NCBI GenBank assembly: GCA_964613695.1
Contig: CAZTIR010000001.1
Coordinates: forward strand, 27,450-91,449
Direction: 5' to 3'
Source: an uncultured Desulfurococcales archaeon
GTDB taxonomy: Archaea > Thermoproteota > Thermoprotei_A > Sulfolobales > Pyrodictiaceae
Length of the DNA stretch: 64,000 bases
A model generated the notes under the pieces. It saw only the letters and a list, made by a program, of their open reading frames with translations. It had not been told where the DNA came from and made no database searches. Of this stretch, positions 1 through 9,301 are shown in pieces; the first letter of the stretch is position 1, and every line of letters starts with the position of its first letter. A program made the position numbers and the translations under genes.

Positions 1-2548
1 CGAGTATGTCCTTGAACGCCTTCTTGAGGAACATTGGCGCGTTCCTCTTCTTAGCCACAACGCCCTTAACATCAACCTTGCCGTCGGGGTAGACGCCGAC
101 ATAGTTCTTCTTGCGGCCCGAGAAAGCCACGAACTTGTACACCTTGTCCACCTCGAGGTCTAGCCCGAAGCTCTCCTCGACGAATCTTTGAAGCTCTTGC
201 AGCTTATCCTCAGGCGGGGACCATAGGAAGAGGGAGTCGGTGTCGCCGTAAAGGACTTTGAGGCCCAGATCCGCGGCCTTCCGCACCGTCTGCTTGATAG
301 TATACCTGCCTATCGCCGTAACACTCTCGGCGACCGAAGGCGCATACAGCGGGAAGTTCTCGGCGCCGAAGACACCGTAGGAGGCGTTAATGTATACCTT
401 CATAGCCGCCTGTACCACGTCATACCAGTGCCTCTCCTCCTCGCTCAAACTCTTATCCTTAGCCTTCTTCTTGTATATCTTCACACGGAAGTCTCTAAGC
501 AACCCAACTATCTGCGAGGTTATCCCACGTATACTCATGCACACGCGGTGGCCCACGTCGGGAACCTTGACGTACTTGTCTCCAGGACAGTACTCGCTGT
601 TAACAGTCTCATAGCTCAGATTCCACTTCTTAATGATGCTCGGGTACAGGCTAGCGAAGTCTAGGACAACCACGTTGAAGAAGACTCCCGCAGGCGCGGT
701 GAGGACTATAGCACCTGCATACTTCCTACCCTTGATTACCGCTGTAGAGACCTGCTGGCCTTTCAGCAGCCTCAGGTCCTCCTTGCGGGGTATTAGGTAG
801 CCTCTACGCCTATGCTCCCAGTAGAAGAGGTTACGTATCCAAGCCGAGACTTGGCTCCGCGTGACATCCTCTAGGGGTAGCTTACTGATACGCATTAGCA
901 GCGTAACCAGCTTCCAGACCAGGTAGTTGTTGAAGGTTATCAACTTGAGAGTTAGCATGGCATCACGGAAGTTATACGCCGCGAGCTCCGCTAGCGTAAG
1001 GTCGCTGATACTCGTCTCCACCTGTATCTTCTTCTCGCCCAATAGGGCCTCGGATATAGCGTCTAGAGTGAACTCCTTGTAAGCCGAGCCGAAGGCGTAG
1101 CTCTGAAGGGCTCGAATCGAGAATAGCTTGTAGAGGTCAACGTGCAGCCCGTAGACTAACGCTATGTAGTCTCTCGTGTGCTTAAAGGGGAGCAGGTCTC
1201 GGGGAATGCCGAGCTTTAGAGCGCGGTTATGGAGGTAGGGGAAGTCGAAGTTATCGCCGTTGAACGTCACAACAACCTCGTAATTGCTTATCAAGCGTAT
1301 GGTCTCTAGTATGAGCGCCGTCTCGTCGTCAAAGATCTCTATCTCCGCGTCGGCGGGATACTCTCGCACAAGCTCGCCAAATTTTAGCAAGGGCCTAGCA
1401 AGTATCATCACCTTGCGGAGGCCGTCGTTGGATGCAAAAGCTACGCTAATCACCGGGTAGGCTGCCTTGTTCGCATCAGGTATCCTGCCCTTAAACGGCG
1501 TATACACCTCGATATCGACGGCCAGCATCCTAGGCTTGGGCGGCGGAGCCTCGAAGAGCGGAATCCACTCCATAGCCAGCTTCCTCGTCTCCTCGTCCTC
1601 GTCGCCGAACAGCTTCTCCACCTTCTCGAGCTCCTCACGGCTAGGAGTATAGTCTAGCCTATACTTGCCCGCCTCGACGGCATAAGGCATGCCGGGTATC
1701 AGCTGGAGATCGTAGATGTAGTTGTGGTGGTACTTGATGTTAGCCTCCCAGGCTTTGGGAACCTTCTCCCTCAAAACCCTCACAGCGTTCGGATCTCTCA
1801 CAACAATCTTCGTCATCTGTAACTTACGCCAAAGCAGCCTATCAAACCTCTCCACAACCTCGAGGTGATCGAAGCTGGGGTGCCGGATAACCTCCCTAAT
1901 CTCCCTAACCTTGTCGGGGGGCAAGTCGGTTAGGAAGTACGGCTTATGCCCGTAAGCATCGTACACCACTACTATCTCGCCGTTATCCGCGAGCATCTTG
2001 CTATACGCTTTACCCTCCTCACCATCATAGTAGACGCCAAGCAGATAGCCCCTAACGTTCTCGACACGCCTCGGCTTACGCGTCAACGGCTTATCGGATA
2101 CACGCGTAGGCCTAAACACATGCTTCCCAATAACCTCCACTATGTTGCCAAGGGAGCCGTGCCCCTCCCCACCAGCCTCCACAACCTCGGCAACACCCGC
2201 ACCACTCTCAGCTCCCGAAGCAGCCTCACCAGCTCCCAAACCCTCCTCTCGTTCAACGGGCCCAGAGGCACCAGGAGCCTCGGATTGGGTGCGCGCGGCG
2301 GGAGCCCCACCCTCCTCCAACGCCGTGGCTGCTGCCACGCCGCCGCTCGGCTTCTTCGACGACAACATTCGCCTTATCAGCTCCTCGAGGCTAGACCCGC
2401 GGTTCTCATCCTCCTCGCGCCTCTCGCCACCAACCAGGCCCCCTGGCGGCCTTGAGGGCTTACGAGGGGGCTTGGAGGGCGGCTGCTGAGCCCGCTTACC
2501 CCTCCTCCCCCCGTAGAGGTACTCGAGCAGCGTCGCCTGCCGCGGCAA
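1..2548 (-). CDS. polB1: Family B DNA polymerase, crenarchaeal PolB1 (3' end runs off the window)
   Basis: Manual translation: TTG start at 2548 behind a GGGGGAGG SD; N-terminus MPRQATLLEYL; YDAYGHKPYFLTD; exonuclease DIEV; YGDTDS catalytic motif near 260; KKNYVG. Missing from the ORF track because it is truncated by the edge. Confidence 0.97.
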   Translation of the reverse strand, partial: MPRQATLLEYLYGGRRGKRAQQPPSKPPRKPSRPPGGLVGGERREEDENRGSSLEELIRRMLSSKKPSGGVAAATALEEGGAPAARTQSEAPGASGPVEREEGLGAGEAASGAESGAGVAEVVEAGGEGHGSLGNIVEVIGKHVFRPTRVSDKPLTRKPRRVENVRGYLLGVYYDGEEGKAYSKMLADNGEIVVVYDAYGHKPYFLTDLPPDKVREIREVIRHPSFDHLEVVERFDRLLWRKLQMTKIVVRDPNAVRVLREKVPKAWEANIKYHHNYIYDLQLIPGMPYAVEAGKYRLDYTPSREELEKVEKLFGDEDEETRKLAMEWIPLFEAPPPKPRMLAVDIEVYTPFKGRIPDANKAAYPVISVAFASNDGLRKVMILARPLLKFGELVREYPADAEIEIFDDETALILETIRLISNYEVVVTFNGDNFDFPYLHNRALKLGIPRDLLPFKHTRDYIALVYGLHVDLYKLFSIRALQSYAFGSAYKEFTLDAISEALLGEKKIQVETSISDLTLAELAAYNFRDAMLTLKLITFNNYLVWKLVTLLMRISKLPLEDVTRSQVSAWIRNLFYWEHRRRGYLIPRKEDLRLLKGQQVSTAVIKGRKYAGAIVLTAPAGVFFNVVVLDFASLYPSIIKKWNLSYETVNSEYCPGDKYVKVPDVGHRVCMSIRGITSQIVGLLRDFRVKIYKKKAKDKSLSEEERHWYDVVQAAMKVYINASYGVFGAENFPLYAPSVAESVTAIGRYTIKQTVRKAADLGLKVLYGDTDSLFLWSPPEDKLQELQRFVEESFGLDLEVDKVYKFVAFSGRKKNYVGVYPDGKVDVKGVVAKKRNAPMFLKKAFKDIL

Positions 2549-2604
2549 GACCTCCCCCCAGGCCTATACGAGGCGGCCAGCCGGTTCTAGTAGAGGACCC
2601 CGTA

Positions 2605-2919
2605 TCACTGGATAAGGGACGCGTATAGGCTAAACCACCATAGTGTGAAAGCGGCGGAGTACGTTATGAACGCGCGTCCTAGTGAGTATTCGAGCCTCTT
2701 GTGGAGAGAGAGGAGGCGTGCAGCATAGAAGCCTGTGGCATACGCCGCCGCTACGATAGAGTAGGCCACTATGAGGATGTGGGAGAGGAGGGCGTTAGCA
2801 ACACCAGCCAGAGATCCCATCACAACGCCCATCACTAGGTTCAGGAGGTCACTCTTCCTCCTCGCCCTCAGCCTCCCCTCCATGCGGGCGAGGAGGCTCG
2901 CTCGCCTCTCCTCTACCAA
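2605..2919 (-). CDS. Small membrane protein, about 3 TM helices, unknown function; start may be the ATG at 2883
   Basis: Hydrophobic ORF directly downstream of and overlapping rqcH, same strand. Confidence 0.6.
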   Translation of the reverse strand: MVEERRASLLARMEGRLRARRKSDLLNLVMGVVMGSLAGVANALLSHILIVAYSIVAAAYATGFYAARLLSLHKRLEYSLGRAFITYSAAFTLWWFSLYASLIQ

Positions 2920-4870
2920 CCTCCACGACCCTAGATGGGCCCGGAAGCCTCCTGATAATCTCGTTGACGTCCAGGCTCTTGGCTAGATACTCCTTCTCTC
3001 CCCCAAGTCTCGAGGCGAACAGCCTCTGAAGCCTCTTAGCGAGCCTCGAAGGCTCCTCGTCGCCGGGCACCAGCACCGCGTAGACCAGGCTCCTCCTCCT
3101 AACAAGCTCCCTGGGGCCCACAATCACCAGAGGTGCTTCGTCCTCCTCAGCTATGCCGATTGCTAGGCGCAGCTCAACATTCCTGATGTAATTACGGTGC
3201 CCGTAGACCATGAACGCGCCCTTGGTTAGATACTCGCCGGCTGGCGCGGCCTTCGAGACCTGACGGCCCCACACCCAGTACACGTCAACCACGCCCAAGC
3301 CCTCCTTCCATGCTCTCGAGTAGCACGCGGCTATCACGGCCGCCTCTCTGAGATCCTCCTCGGGGGGTGTACGCCCCTTCGCGAAGAGCACTACAGCGGG
3401 AGCCCCGCGTATATCAGCGTGCATGAAGATATTGTCCTCGCCTAGGTACCGCTTCACTATCGACTCGTTTTGACTCGCATCCCTGCCTCCTATGGCGAGT
3501 ATCCAGTGGCTGGTGAACATCCAGTGGTACTTCTCATACCACTCTCTCCTCCTCACACGAGCCCTAGCCCTTCTAACGGCAAGGTCTATCTCGACTCTAA
3601 GCTCCTCGAGCTTACGCCTAAGCTCCTCTAGGCTCTTCTCAGCCCTACTCTTCTTCTTCTCCAGCTCGCCTACCCTACGGTAGAGCTCCGAAATGATGCT
3701 AGAGGATGTCGCCTTGATACCAGCCTCTATGAGCTCACCGCCAACGCTTATCCTCACAACACCCCTGCTGGGTTCGACATCGACAACGCCCGGGCAGTTG
3801 CCCGGTATATACTCCCAGCCGCTCTCCTCCCTCATTCTACGAGCACACTCCAAAGCCTCGTCGACGAGCCCGGCGTTCTCCGCCACGATGAGAGCTATCC
3901 TCTCGAGCCTCCTCCTCTTCTCCTCGTACTCTCTGATAAGCTCCTCCGTCTTCCTAATAGCCGCTTCTAGCTTCCCGCGCTCCTCGCGGAGGCGTGAGAC
4001 TGCCTCCTCGACAGCCCTAGCCTTCTCGAGCTCCACGAAATACTCGTCAAGGGCTCTTGAGAAGCTCTCAAAGCTCTTGTAGCGGCCCTCGTGGAGCGTG
4101 GGCTTGAAAGGCGTAGCCGTTAGCACTAAACCCTCCTCGTCGTAGACCAGGTAGCCTCTCCCCTCGAGAGACTCCCGGTAGATGCTCTTCAGAGTCTCGA
4201 CTATAGACTCTATGTCGCCCCTCCCCAGGCTCTCGACGGGCGCGGTCTTGTCTATGCCCGCCCTGTGTAGAGCCTCCTCTATGACCTCGCCTGGGTAGCC
4301 AAGCCTCCTCACCAGAACCCTAACAGCCTCGCCGCTGGCGCCCCGCAGCCTCTCCACAACAGCCTCTACTGTTAGCTCCTCGGGGTGTATGGCTACCGGT
4401 GGCGGCGGCCTATACTCAACACCCCTCTTTACGACTCGATCCCTCATCTCCCTAGCCTCACTAACCTGTAGTATCAAGCCCTTCTCGTCGAGAAGCGCTA
4501 GCACCCCCCTCGGCAGGACCTCGGCTACAAGCTTCTTGCCGCTGCTAAACTCGAAGACTATTATCCGCTCGAAGCCCAGCTGCCTCACAGCCTCCAGCCT
4601 AGAGCCTCTAAGGTGTTTACGAAGAGCCATCACGAGTGGCGGGGGCTGCCCCTTACCGCTGACATCGTAGCTTGTCTCGTGCACCCGGCGCGACGGCTCG
4701 ACTATCACTCTAGCGTCTCGGCCCCCGCGTAGGCGGAGGAGGAAGGTATTCTCGAACACCTCGTATATGTTGACGAGCCTCGCTCCCCGGAGCGCCTCCA
4801 GCTCCCTAGCCACGCTGGCGACGTCGAAGGCTGTCATGCTGGTCTTTCTCTTAGCCACCTTGTCTACCAC
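2849..4870 (-). CDS. rqcH: Ribosome quality-control protein Rqc2/RqcH (NEMF/NFACT family)
   Basis: MTAFDV N-terminus, NFACT-N domain, coiled coil, GGRDASQNE and MHADIRGAP NFACT-R motifs, 673 aa. Confidence 0.93.
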   Translation of the reverse strand: MVDKVAKRKTSMTAFDVASVARELEALRGARLVNIYEVFENTFLLRLRGGRDARVIVEPSRRVHETSYDVSGKGQPPPLVMALRKHLRGSRLEAVRQLGFERIIVFEFSSGKKLVAEVLPRGVLALLDEKGLILQVSEAREMRDRVVKRGVEYRPPPPVAIHPEELTVEAVVERLRGASGEAVRVLVRRLGYPGEVIEEALHRAGIDKTAPVESLGRGDIESIVETLKSIYRESLEGRGYLVYDEEGLVLTATPFKPTLHEGRYKSFESFSRALDEYFVELEKARAVEEAVSRLREERGKLEAAIRKTEELIREYEEKRRRLERIALIVAENAGLVDEALECARRMREESGWEYIPGNCPGVVDVEPSRGVVRISVGGELIEAGIKATSSSIISELYRRVGELEKKKSRAEKSLEELRRKLEELRVEIDLAVRRARARVRRREWYEKYHWMFTSHWILAIGGRDASQNESIVKRYLGEDNIFMHADIRGAPAVVLFAKGRTPPEEDLREAAVIAACYSRAWKEGLGVVDVYWVWGRQVSKAAPAGEYLTKGAFMVYGHRNYIRNVELRLAIGIAEEDEAPLVIVGPRELVRRRSLVYAVLVPGDEEPSRLAKRLQRLFASRLGGEKEYLAKSLDVNEIIRRLPGPSRVVEVGRGEASEPPRPHGGEAEGEEEE

Positions 4871-4926
4871 CCAGCTAGCCTCCAGGCCCCAGCCCTTATA
4901 CCGTAATCCGGCGGCTAGAGTGTAGA

Positions 4927-6165
4927 GTGTGGGAGGCGCGGCTAGAGGGCATGAGGCTTGACACCCGGAGCCCGGCCACCGTGATAAACGCCTCCCTGTA
5001 CCCCTTCACCGTGGACCTGGAGCAGTTTGTGAGGAGGAGGTACGGCCCCGTCTCCTACGACACCGTCATGCTTAGACAGGAGGTTGTCGAGAGGGCTCTT
5101 GAGAGGCTTAGGGAGGCTGTAGAGAGGGGCGTCATAGAGTCGGAGCCGGGTAGCTCGGAGGTTGAGGTCCTAGCCTTCTACCTGGGGCTTCTCGTGGCGG
5201 CGCTCCTCCGCGACAAGTGGCTCGTATCGAGGTATGCTCTGGCGGAGGCGGAGAGGGCTTACAAGACGCTACTCGAGGAGAGTGATGACGTGATACTCGC
5301 AGTAGCTAGGAAGATTGGTGTGGGGCTGGAGTATAGCGGGGATGGGTTGAAGCTACCCTACGCGGTTACGAGCACTGGTCTAGTGCTCTACCACGAGTAC
5401 AACTACTCTATGAGCGTATTCGAGTACGCTAGGCTTGCGCGCAGGCTTAGCGGCGACCCGAGGTGGAAGCTAACAAACCAGCTCGTTACACAGGGCCGCG
5501 TGTACCTGGAGAGGAGGAGTGTCGTACGCCTCCTCAAAGAGGCGATAATGGAGTACGTGGAGAGGCTCGCACGCGCATTCGAGGAGACCCGTGTAGATAA
5601 GATACCGGATGAGCTCTCCAAGCTCCTCGAGGAGGCTAGGAGGATACTCGAGGAGGCTAGGCCTAAGCCGAAGATAGAGAGGACTGGTGCACGCATACGC
5701 ATCAAGCTCCCCAAGGGCTATGTGGTCGAGGAGGCTTTCCCGCCCTGCATGAGGGATATACTCGAGAGGGCTAGGAGAGGCGAGCACCTCAGCCACCACG
5801 AGAGGTTCGCGATTGCAACGTTCCTCCTCAACCTGGGAGTCGATATAGACAGGGTTGTTGACGTGTTCCGCAACATGCCAGACTTTAACGAGAAGATTGC
5901 ACGATACCAGGTTGAGCACCTGGCGGGGCTGAGGGGCTCTGGGAAGAAGTACCGCACCTATAGCTGCGAGAAGATGAGGTCACTCGGCATATGCAAGGGC
6001 GACTGCGGCACAAGGAACCCGATACAAGCCTACTACCGCAACCTCAAACAGCTAGTGAAGGAGGGGAGGCTGCGACTAGAGTCTATAAGCGGGGGCTCTG
6101 GCGGGGAGGGTGGGGAGGCTAATGTCGGCGAGGAGGGCGAGGAGACCAGCCCCTCAGCCGGCTGA
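4927..6165 (+). CDS. priL: DNA primase large subunit
   Basis: FPPCM, HHERFAIATFL, RYQVEHLAG, YSCEKMRSLGIC Fe-S domain motifs. Confidence 0.95.
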   Translation: MWEARLEGMRLDTRSPATVINASLYPFTVDLEQFVRRRYGPVSYDTVMLRQEVVERALERLREAVERGVIESEPGSSEVEVLAFYLGLLVAALLRDKWLVSRYALAEAERAYKTLLEESDDVILAVARKIGVGLEYSGDGLKLPYAVTSTGLVLYHEYNYSMSVFEYARLARRLSGDPRWKLTNQLVTQGRVYLERRSVVRLLKEAIMEYVERLARAFEETRVDKIPDELSKLLEEARRILEEARPKPKIERTGARIRIKLPKGYVVEEAFPPCMRDILERARRGEHLSHHERFAIATFLLNLGVDIDRVVDVFRNMPDFNEKIARYQVEHLAGLRGSGKKYRTYSCEKMRSLGICKGDCGTRNPIQAYYRNLKQLVKEGRLRLESISGGSGGEGGEANVGEEGEETSPSAG

Positions 6166-6394
6166 GACCGCTGCCAGGGCTAGGCTCGAGGTAGAGGTCC
6201 CGGAGAGCCTCTACCAGAGGATCAAGAGGGAGATTGTGAGAGAGAAGTTTGTGACGCCCTACATGCTGGCCGAGAGGTACAACATGACCATAACCCTCGC
6301 TAAGAGGGTGCTGAGGAGGCTCGTTAGAGAGGGCGTCCTCAGAGTATACTCGTATAACAGGAGAGCGCCGATATACGTGCCTGCGGGTAGCTAA
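6122..6394 (+). CDS. rps25e: 30S ribosomal protein S25e
   Basis: KFVTPYMLAERYNMTITLAKRVLRRL winged-helix signature; start placed at the ATG at 6122. Confidence 0.9.
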   Translation: MSARRARRPAPQPAETAARARLEVEVPESLYQRIKREIVREKFVTPYMLAERYNMTITLAKRVLRRLVREGVLRVYSYNRRAPIYVPAGS

Positions 6395-6410
6395 CCACCG
6401 GGGCCTCGTT

Positions 6411-7223
6411 TTGAAGCTGCAGGTCTACACCGAGCCCCCGCTGAGTGTGGCGGAGCAGGTTCTCCGAGAGGCTTTCTCAAAGAAGCGCTTCGTGACAATG
6501 CTCTGCAGGTGTAGCGTGGTCTACGAGGGTAGGAGCGCCACCATCCTCGGCGAGGGGGATAGGCTCGTAATAGTCAAACCTGATGGGGCCGTGCTGGTTC
6601 ACAGGCCGCGGGGCTACTCGCCGGTCAACTGGCAGCCGGATAGTCAGGTTCTAGAGGCTAGGCTTGACGAGCAGGACGTGCTCGTGGTTAGGAGTGTTAG
6701 GGCTAAGCCCCGCGAGGTTCTAGAGGCTCGCATCTCCAGGGTATACCTCATAACGATCGCGGAGGGTATGGAGGATCACGCCGAGTTCCAAGAGCTTATG
6801 GACGAGGCCGAGATTAGGGATGTTCTAGCATCCCACCCTGATCTCATAGAGCCTGGTCTCCGTGTTGTCCGGGTCGAGAAGAGGATGGGTAGGAGCGGCT
6901 ACGCCGACATATACGCTGTCGATAGTGAGGGTAGGCACGTGATCATAGAGGTTAAGAGGGTTACAGCGGGCAGGGAGGCTGTAGAACAGTTGAAGAGATA
7001 CGTGGACACCTGGCGCCGGGAGAACCCCGGTGCGCCAGTTCGAGGCATACTAGCGGCGCCTAGCATCACGGAGCCTGCTGCAAGGCTCCTACGCGAGTAT
7101 GGCCTCGAGTTTAAACGGATAGACTTGAAGCAGGTGAGGAGCATAGCCTCTAGGGAGAGGAGGGCTTCGAAGCAACCATCCCTGCTATCCTTTGTCGGGA
7201 GGAGGGGTGAGGGGGCTCAGTAG
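6411..7223 (+). CDS. nucS: Endonuclease NucS/EndoMS with C-terminal PIP box
   Basis: KPDGAVLVH, PVNWQP, ADIYAVD..IIEVKR RecB-like nuclease motif, QLKRY, PIP-like QPSLLSFV. Confidence 0.95.
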   Translation: MKLQVYTEPPLSVAEQVLREAFSKKRFVTMLCRCSVVYEGRSATILGEGDRLVIVKPDGAVLVHRPRGYSPVNWQPDSQVLEARLDEQDVLVVRSVRAKPREVLEARISRVYLITIAEGMEDHAEFQELMDEAEIRDVLASHPDLIEPGLRVVRVEKRMGRSGYADIYAVDSEGRHVIIEVKRVTAGREAVEQLKRYVDTWRRENPGAPVRGILAAPSITEPAARLLREYGLEFKRIDLKQVRSIASRERRASKQPSLLSFVGRRGEGAQ

Positions 7224-7279
7224 GCTAATCCCATCCTCATCGCACCGCGCTCCGGGGGCCTGGAAGTCGTCACGGCCCC
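7212..7279 (-). ncRNA. Candidate box C/D methylation-guide sRNA
   Basis: GGGGCC-GUGACGA(C)-CUUCCAGGCCCC-CGGA(D')-linker-GAUGA(C')-GGAUGGGAUUAGCCUA-CUGA(D)-GCCCC with a terminal stem. Confidence 0.7.
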
Positions 7280-8040
7280 TAGCCTAGAATGTCTGCTGGT
7301 GCTATCAGCTCATCGGCCTTCACCCTGCACCCCATCCGCTTCAACATGTGTCTCAACGCGTATGAGTCCCTGTTCTCCGTCGCCTGCGTCAAGTACTCTA
7401 GGCTCTCGTAGTCGCCGTTGAGGGCATCTAGCCCTATCCCCTCGAGCTCCTCCAGGCACTCCTCGTCGACGAAGCGGAGTAGTTTGTACGTGGAGGAGGG
7501 TATCACCCCGCTATCCAGCACCCCCTCGCCGTCATCGAGTATGATGCGGATGTCCTTGTCTATGCCCCTTAGCCTAGCCGCCGCTATGAGCGCGTAAGCG
7601 TGGCCAGCTAGCCTAGCGTCGAGGCCCTCCGGCGACGGTGTGTCCCGCAGCGCCTCGAGTAGCGAGTGTAGCGTCGAGGATATGTCCTCAAGCGGGTGGT
7701 AGAGGAGGTGCCTCCAGTCGATAGCCACAAGCAGCCCCTCCCTCGCAAGCGGCTCGTTATAGGCGAGCCCCGAGTCGATGTAGAGCCTCGAGTATATCCT
7801 CCTATCCCCGCGGCCGTAGCGTACAACCCTCCCCTCGATAACCGGGGCTAGCGTATCCCTTCTCCTGCGGGGGAAGGGTATGGGTAGGCGCCTCCTCCCC
7901 CCACCCTCGTACATCACTACCAGCGCGTCCTCATCCTGGTTGTAGCTCTCGACGCTGCCCGCCAACAGCAGACCAGCCAGTAGCACGTCGCGTACCTGAT
8001 CGTAGCGGGGGCTTGGTGGCATGTATAGCAGCATCCGCAT
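7279..8040 (-). CDS. Hypothetical protein, 253 aa
   Basis: Long ORF; ATG at 8040 follows a GGAGGT SD; same strand and just downstream of the CDP-alcohol transferase; no family recognised. Confidence 0.7.
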   Translation of the reverse strand: MRMLLYMPPSPRYDQVRDVLLAGLLLAGSVESYNQDEDALVVMYEGGGRRRLPIPFPRRRRDTLAPVIEGRVVRYGRGDRRIYSRLYIDSGLAYNEPLAREGLLVAIDWRHLLYHPLEDISSTLHSLLEALRDTPSPEGLDARLAGHAYALIAAARLRGIDKDIRIILDDGEGVLDSGVIPSSTYKLLRFVDEECLEELEGIGLDALNGDYESLEYLTQATENRDSYALRHMLKRMGCRVKADELIAPADILG

Positions 8041-8082
8041 GACACAACCTCCACTACTATGAGAGAGCTGGTTGAGGGCCAA

Positions 8083-8664
8083 TCAACCCATCCTCGCCAA
8101 CACCCTATACAATGCTAGAGAGCGGTGCACAAGAGCCACCGTCGCGGCTGCGGCATAGGCGTAGAGGAGGTAGAGTGCTGGGAGAGAGCCGCCCACCGCG
8201 TACAACACCAGTATCGCTAGCTGCAACGGGAGCCTCTCACCCCTCTCGAGGAAACCCACCCCCTCCATCCTACTACACGCGGCCGCCTCCGCCCTAGCCC
8301 TGGCATAGCTATACACGAGGGTCACTGCTATCAGGTAGGCGATGAGGGTGGATGGCGCGAAGACGCTAAAGGAGTATGTCACCGCGGCGTCGGAGATGCG
8401 GTCGCACAGCGAGTCTAGAAACCCGCCAGCCTTGCTCACCATGTTATAGGCTCGCGCCACGGCACCATCCAACGCGTCGAGGAGGCCGCCGAGCGCAACC
8501 AGCACGATACCCTCGGCGAGCCTACCGTAGAGCACCGCCGCCGCGCCTAGGAGGGTGGCGAGGAGGCCTAGGAGGGTGTAGAGGTTTGGATGGGGAGGCA
8601 GTCTTGAGGCTACGCGGCTGATAAGAGGTGATACCCTGGAGCGGAGCCGTGGGACTAGCACCAT
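8083..8664 (-). CDS. CDP-alcohol phosphatidyltransferase (archaetidylinositol-phosphate synthase-like)
   Basis: HPNLYTLLG and DALDGAVAR...GGFLDSLCDR signature, YARARAE, GFLERGER; start placed at the ATG at 8664. Confidence 0.9.
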   Translation of the reverse strand: MVLVPRLRSRVSPLISRVASRLPPHPNLYTLLGLLATLLGAAAVLYGRLAEGIVLVALGGLLDALDGAVARAYNMVSKAGGFLDSLCDRISDAAVTYSFSVFAPSTLIAYLIAVTLVYSYARARAEAAACSRMEGVGFLERGERLPLQLAILVLYAVGGSLPALYLLYAYAAAATVALVHRSLALYRVLARMG

Positions 8665-8709
8665 AACCCTACAGCCTCTCATATCTCCTGCACGGGGGCA
8701 GGGTATAGA

Positions 8710-8769
8710 GGGCTGTGATGACTGCACGTCAATCCGATGCGATGAGGTTAACGGCCGTGAGCTGAGCCC
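8710..8769 (+). ncRNA. Candidate box C/D methylation-guide sRNA
   Basis: GGGCU-GUGAUGA(C, consensus)-CUGCACGUCAAU-CCGA(D')-UGC-GAUGA(C')-GGUUAACGGCCGUGAG-CUGA(D)-GCCC; terminal stem; intergenic. Confidence 0.8.
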
Positions 8770-8785
8770 GGCACGCCGGGAGGGC

Positions 8786-9301
8786 TTGACCGGTTTGCCG
8801 CGTCTAACGCTATACCAGCACCCCCACGACGCGTGCCCCTCCACGGTGAGCGCTAGAGGGCTCCTCGTGACACCGCCCTCGATATGCCCGTATAGCTACC
8901 GGCCCCTCCTAGCGGCGAGGGGCTCGTACTTCGAGCTCGTCGACGAGGATGGGGGTAGGGTTACAGAGCCCTGCGGCTCGGTCATAGAGTATTCTGGTAG
9001 GCGTCTACTACTCCTCTGCAGGGAGCCGCTCCTGGACGAGAAGTGCATCGATGTCGACGCGGTTGTTGTGACGGTTAGGCACTGGGCTAGGCCGGGGCGC
9101 GCGCTGCAAGAGGCTAGGAGGCTCGCAGCCAGGCTCATGAGTCTCTCGTGGTTGTGCAACGCGCCCGTGCTATTCGTGAACGTGTGGGGGTTTACGAGGA
9201 GCCGGGCTTACACGGGGTACACTGGAGTATACGACTATGAGCGTAGCACACCCCTACACCTGGGCGTCGAGGGCGACGGTAGAGTCCCCGTCTACCTCTA
9301 G
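8786..9301 (+). CDS. Short, divergent nitrilase/carbon-nitrogen-hydrolase-like protein
   Basis: LLLLCRE resembles GLLICYD; NAPVLFVNVWG...YTGYTGVYD resembles the nitrilase C-terminal strands; only 171 aa. Confidence 0.5.
   Translation: MTGLPRLTLYQHPHDACPSTVSARGLLVTPPSICPYSYRPLLAARGSYFELVDEDGGRVTEPCGSVIEYSGRRLLLLCREPLLDEKCIDVDAVVVTVRHWARPGRALQEARRLAARLMSLSWLCNAPVLFVNVWGFTRSRAYTGYTGVYDYERSTPLHLGVEGDGRVPVYL

Noticed and set aside
8663-8785. Open frame extending the nitrilase-like ORF upstream
   Set aside because: It has no canonical start, would collide with the divergent gene's ATG, and the interval is better explained by a C/D sRNA.
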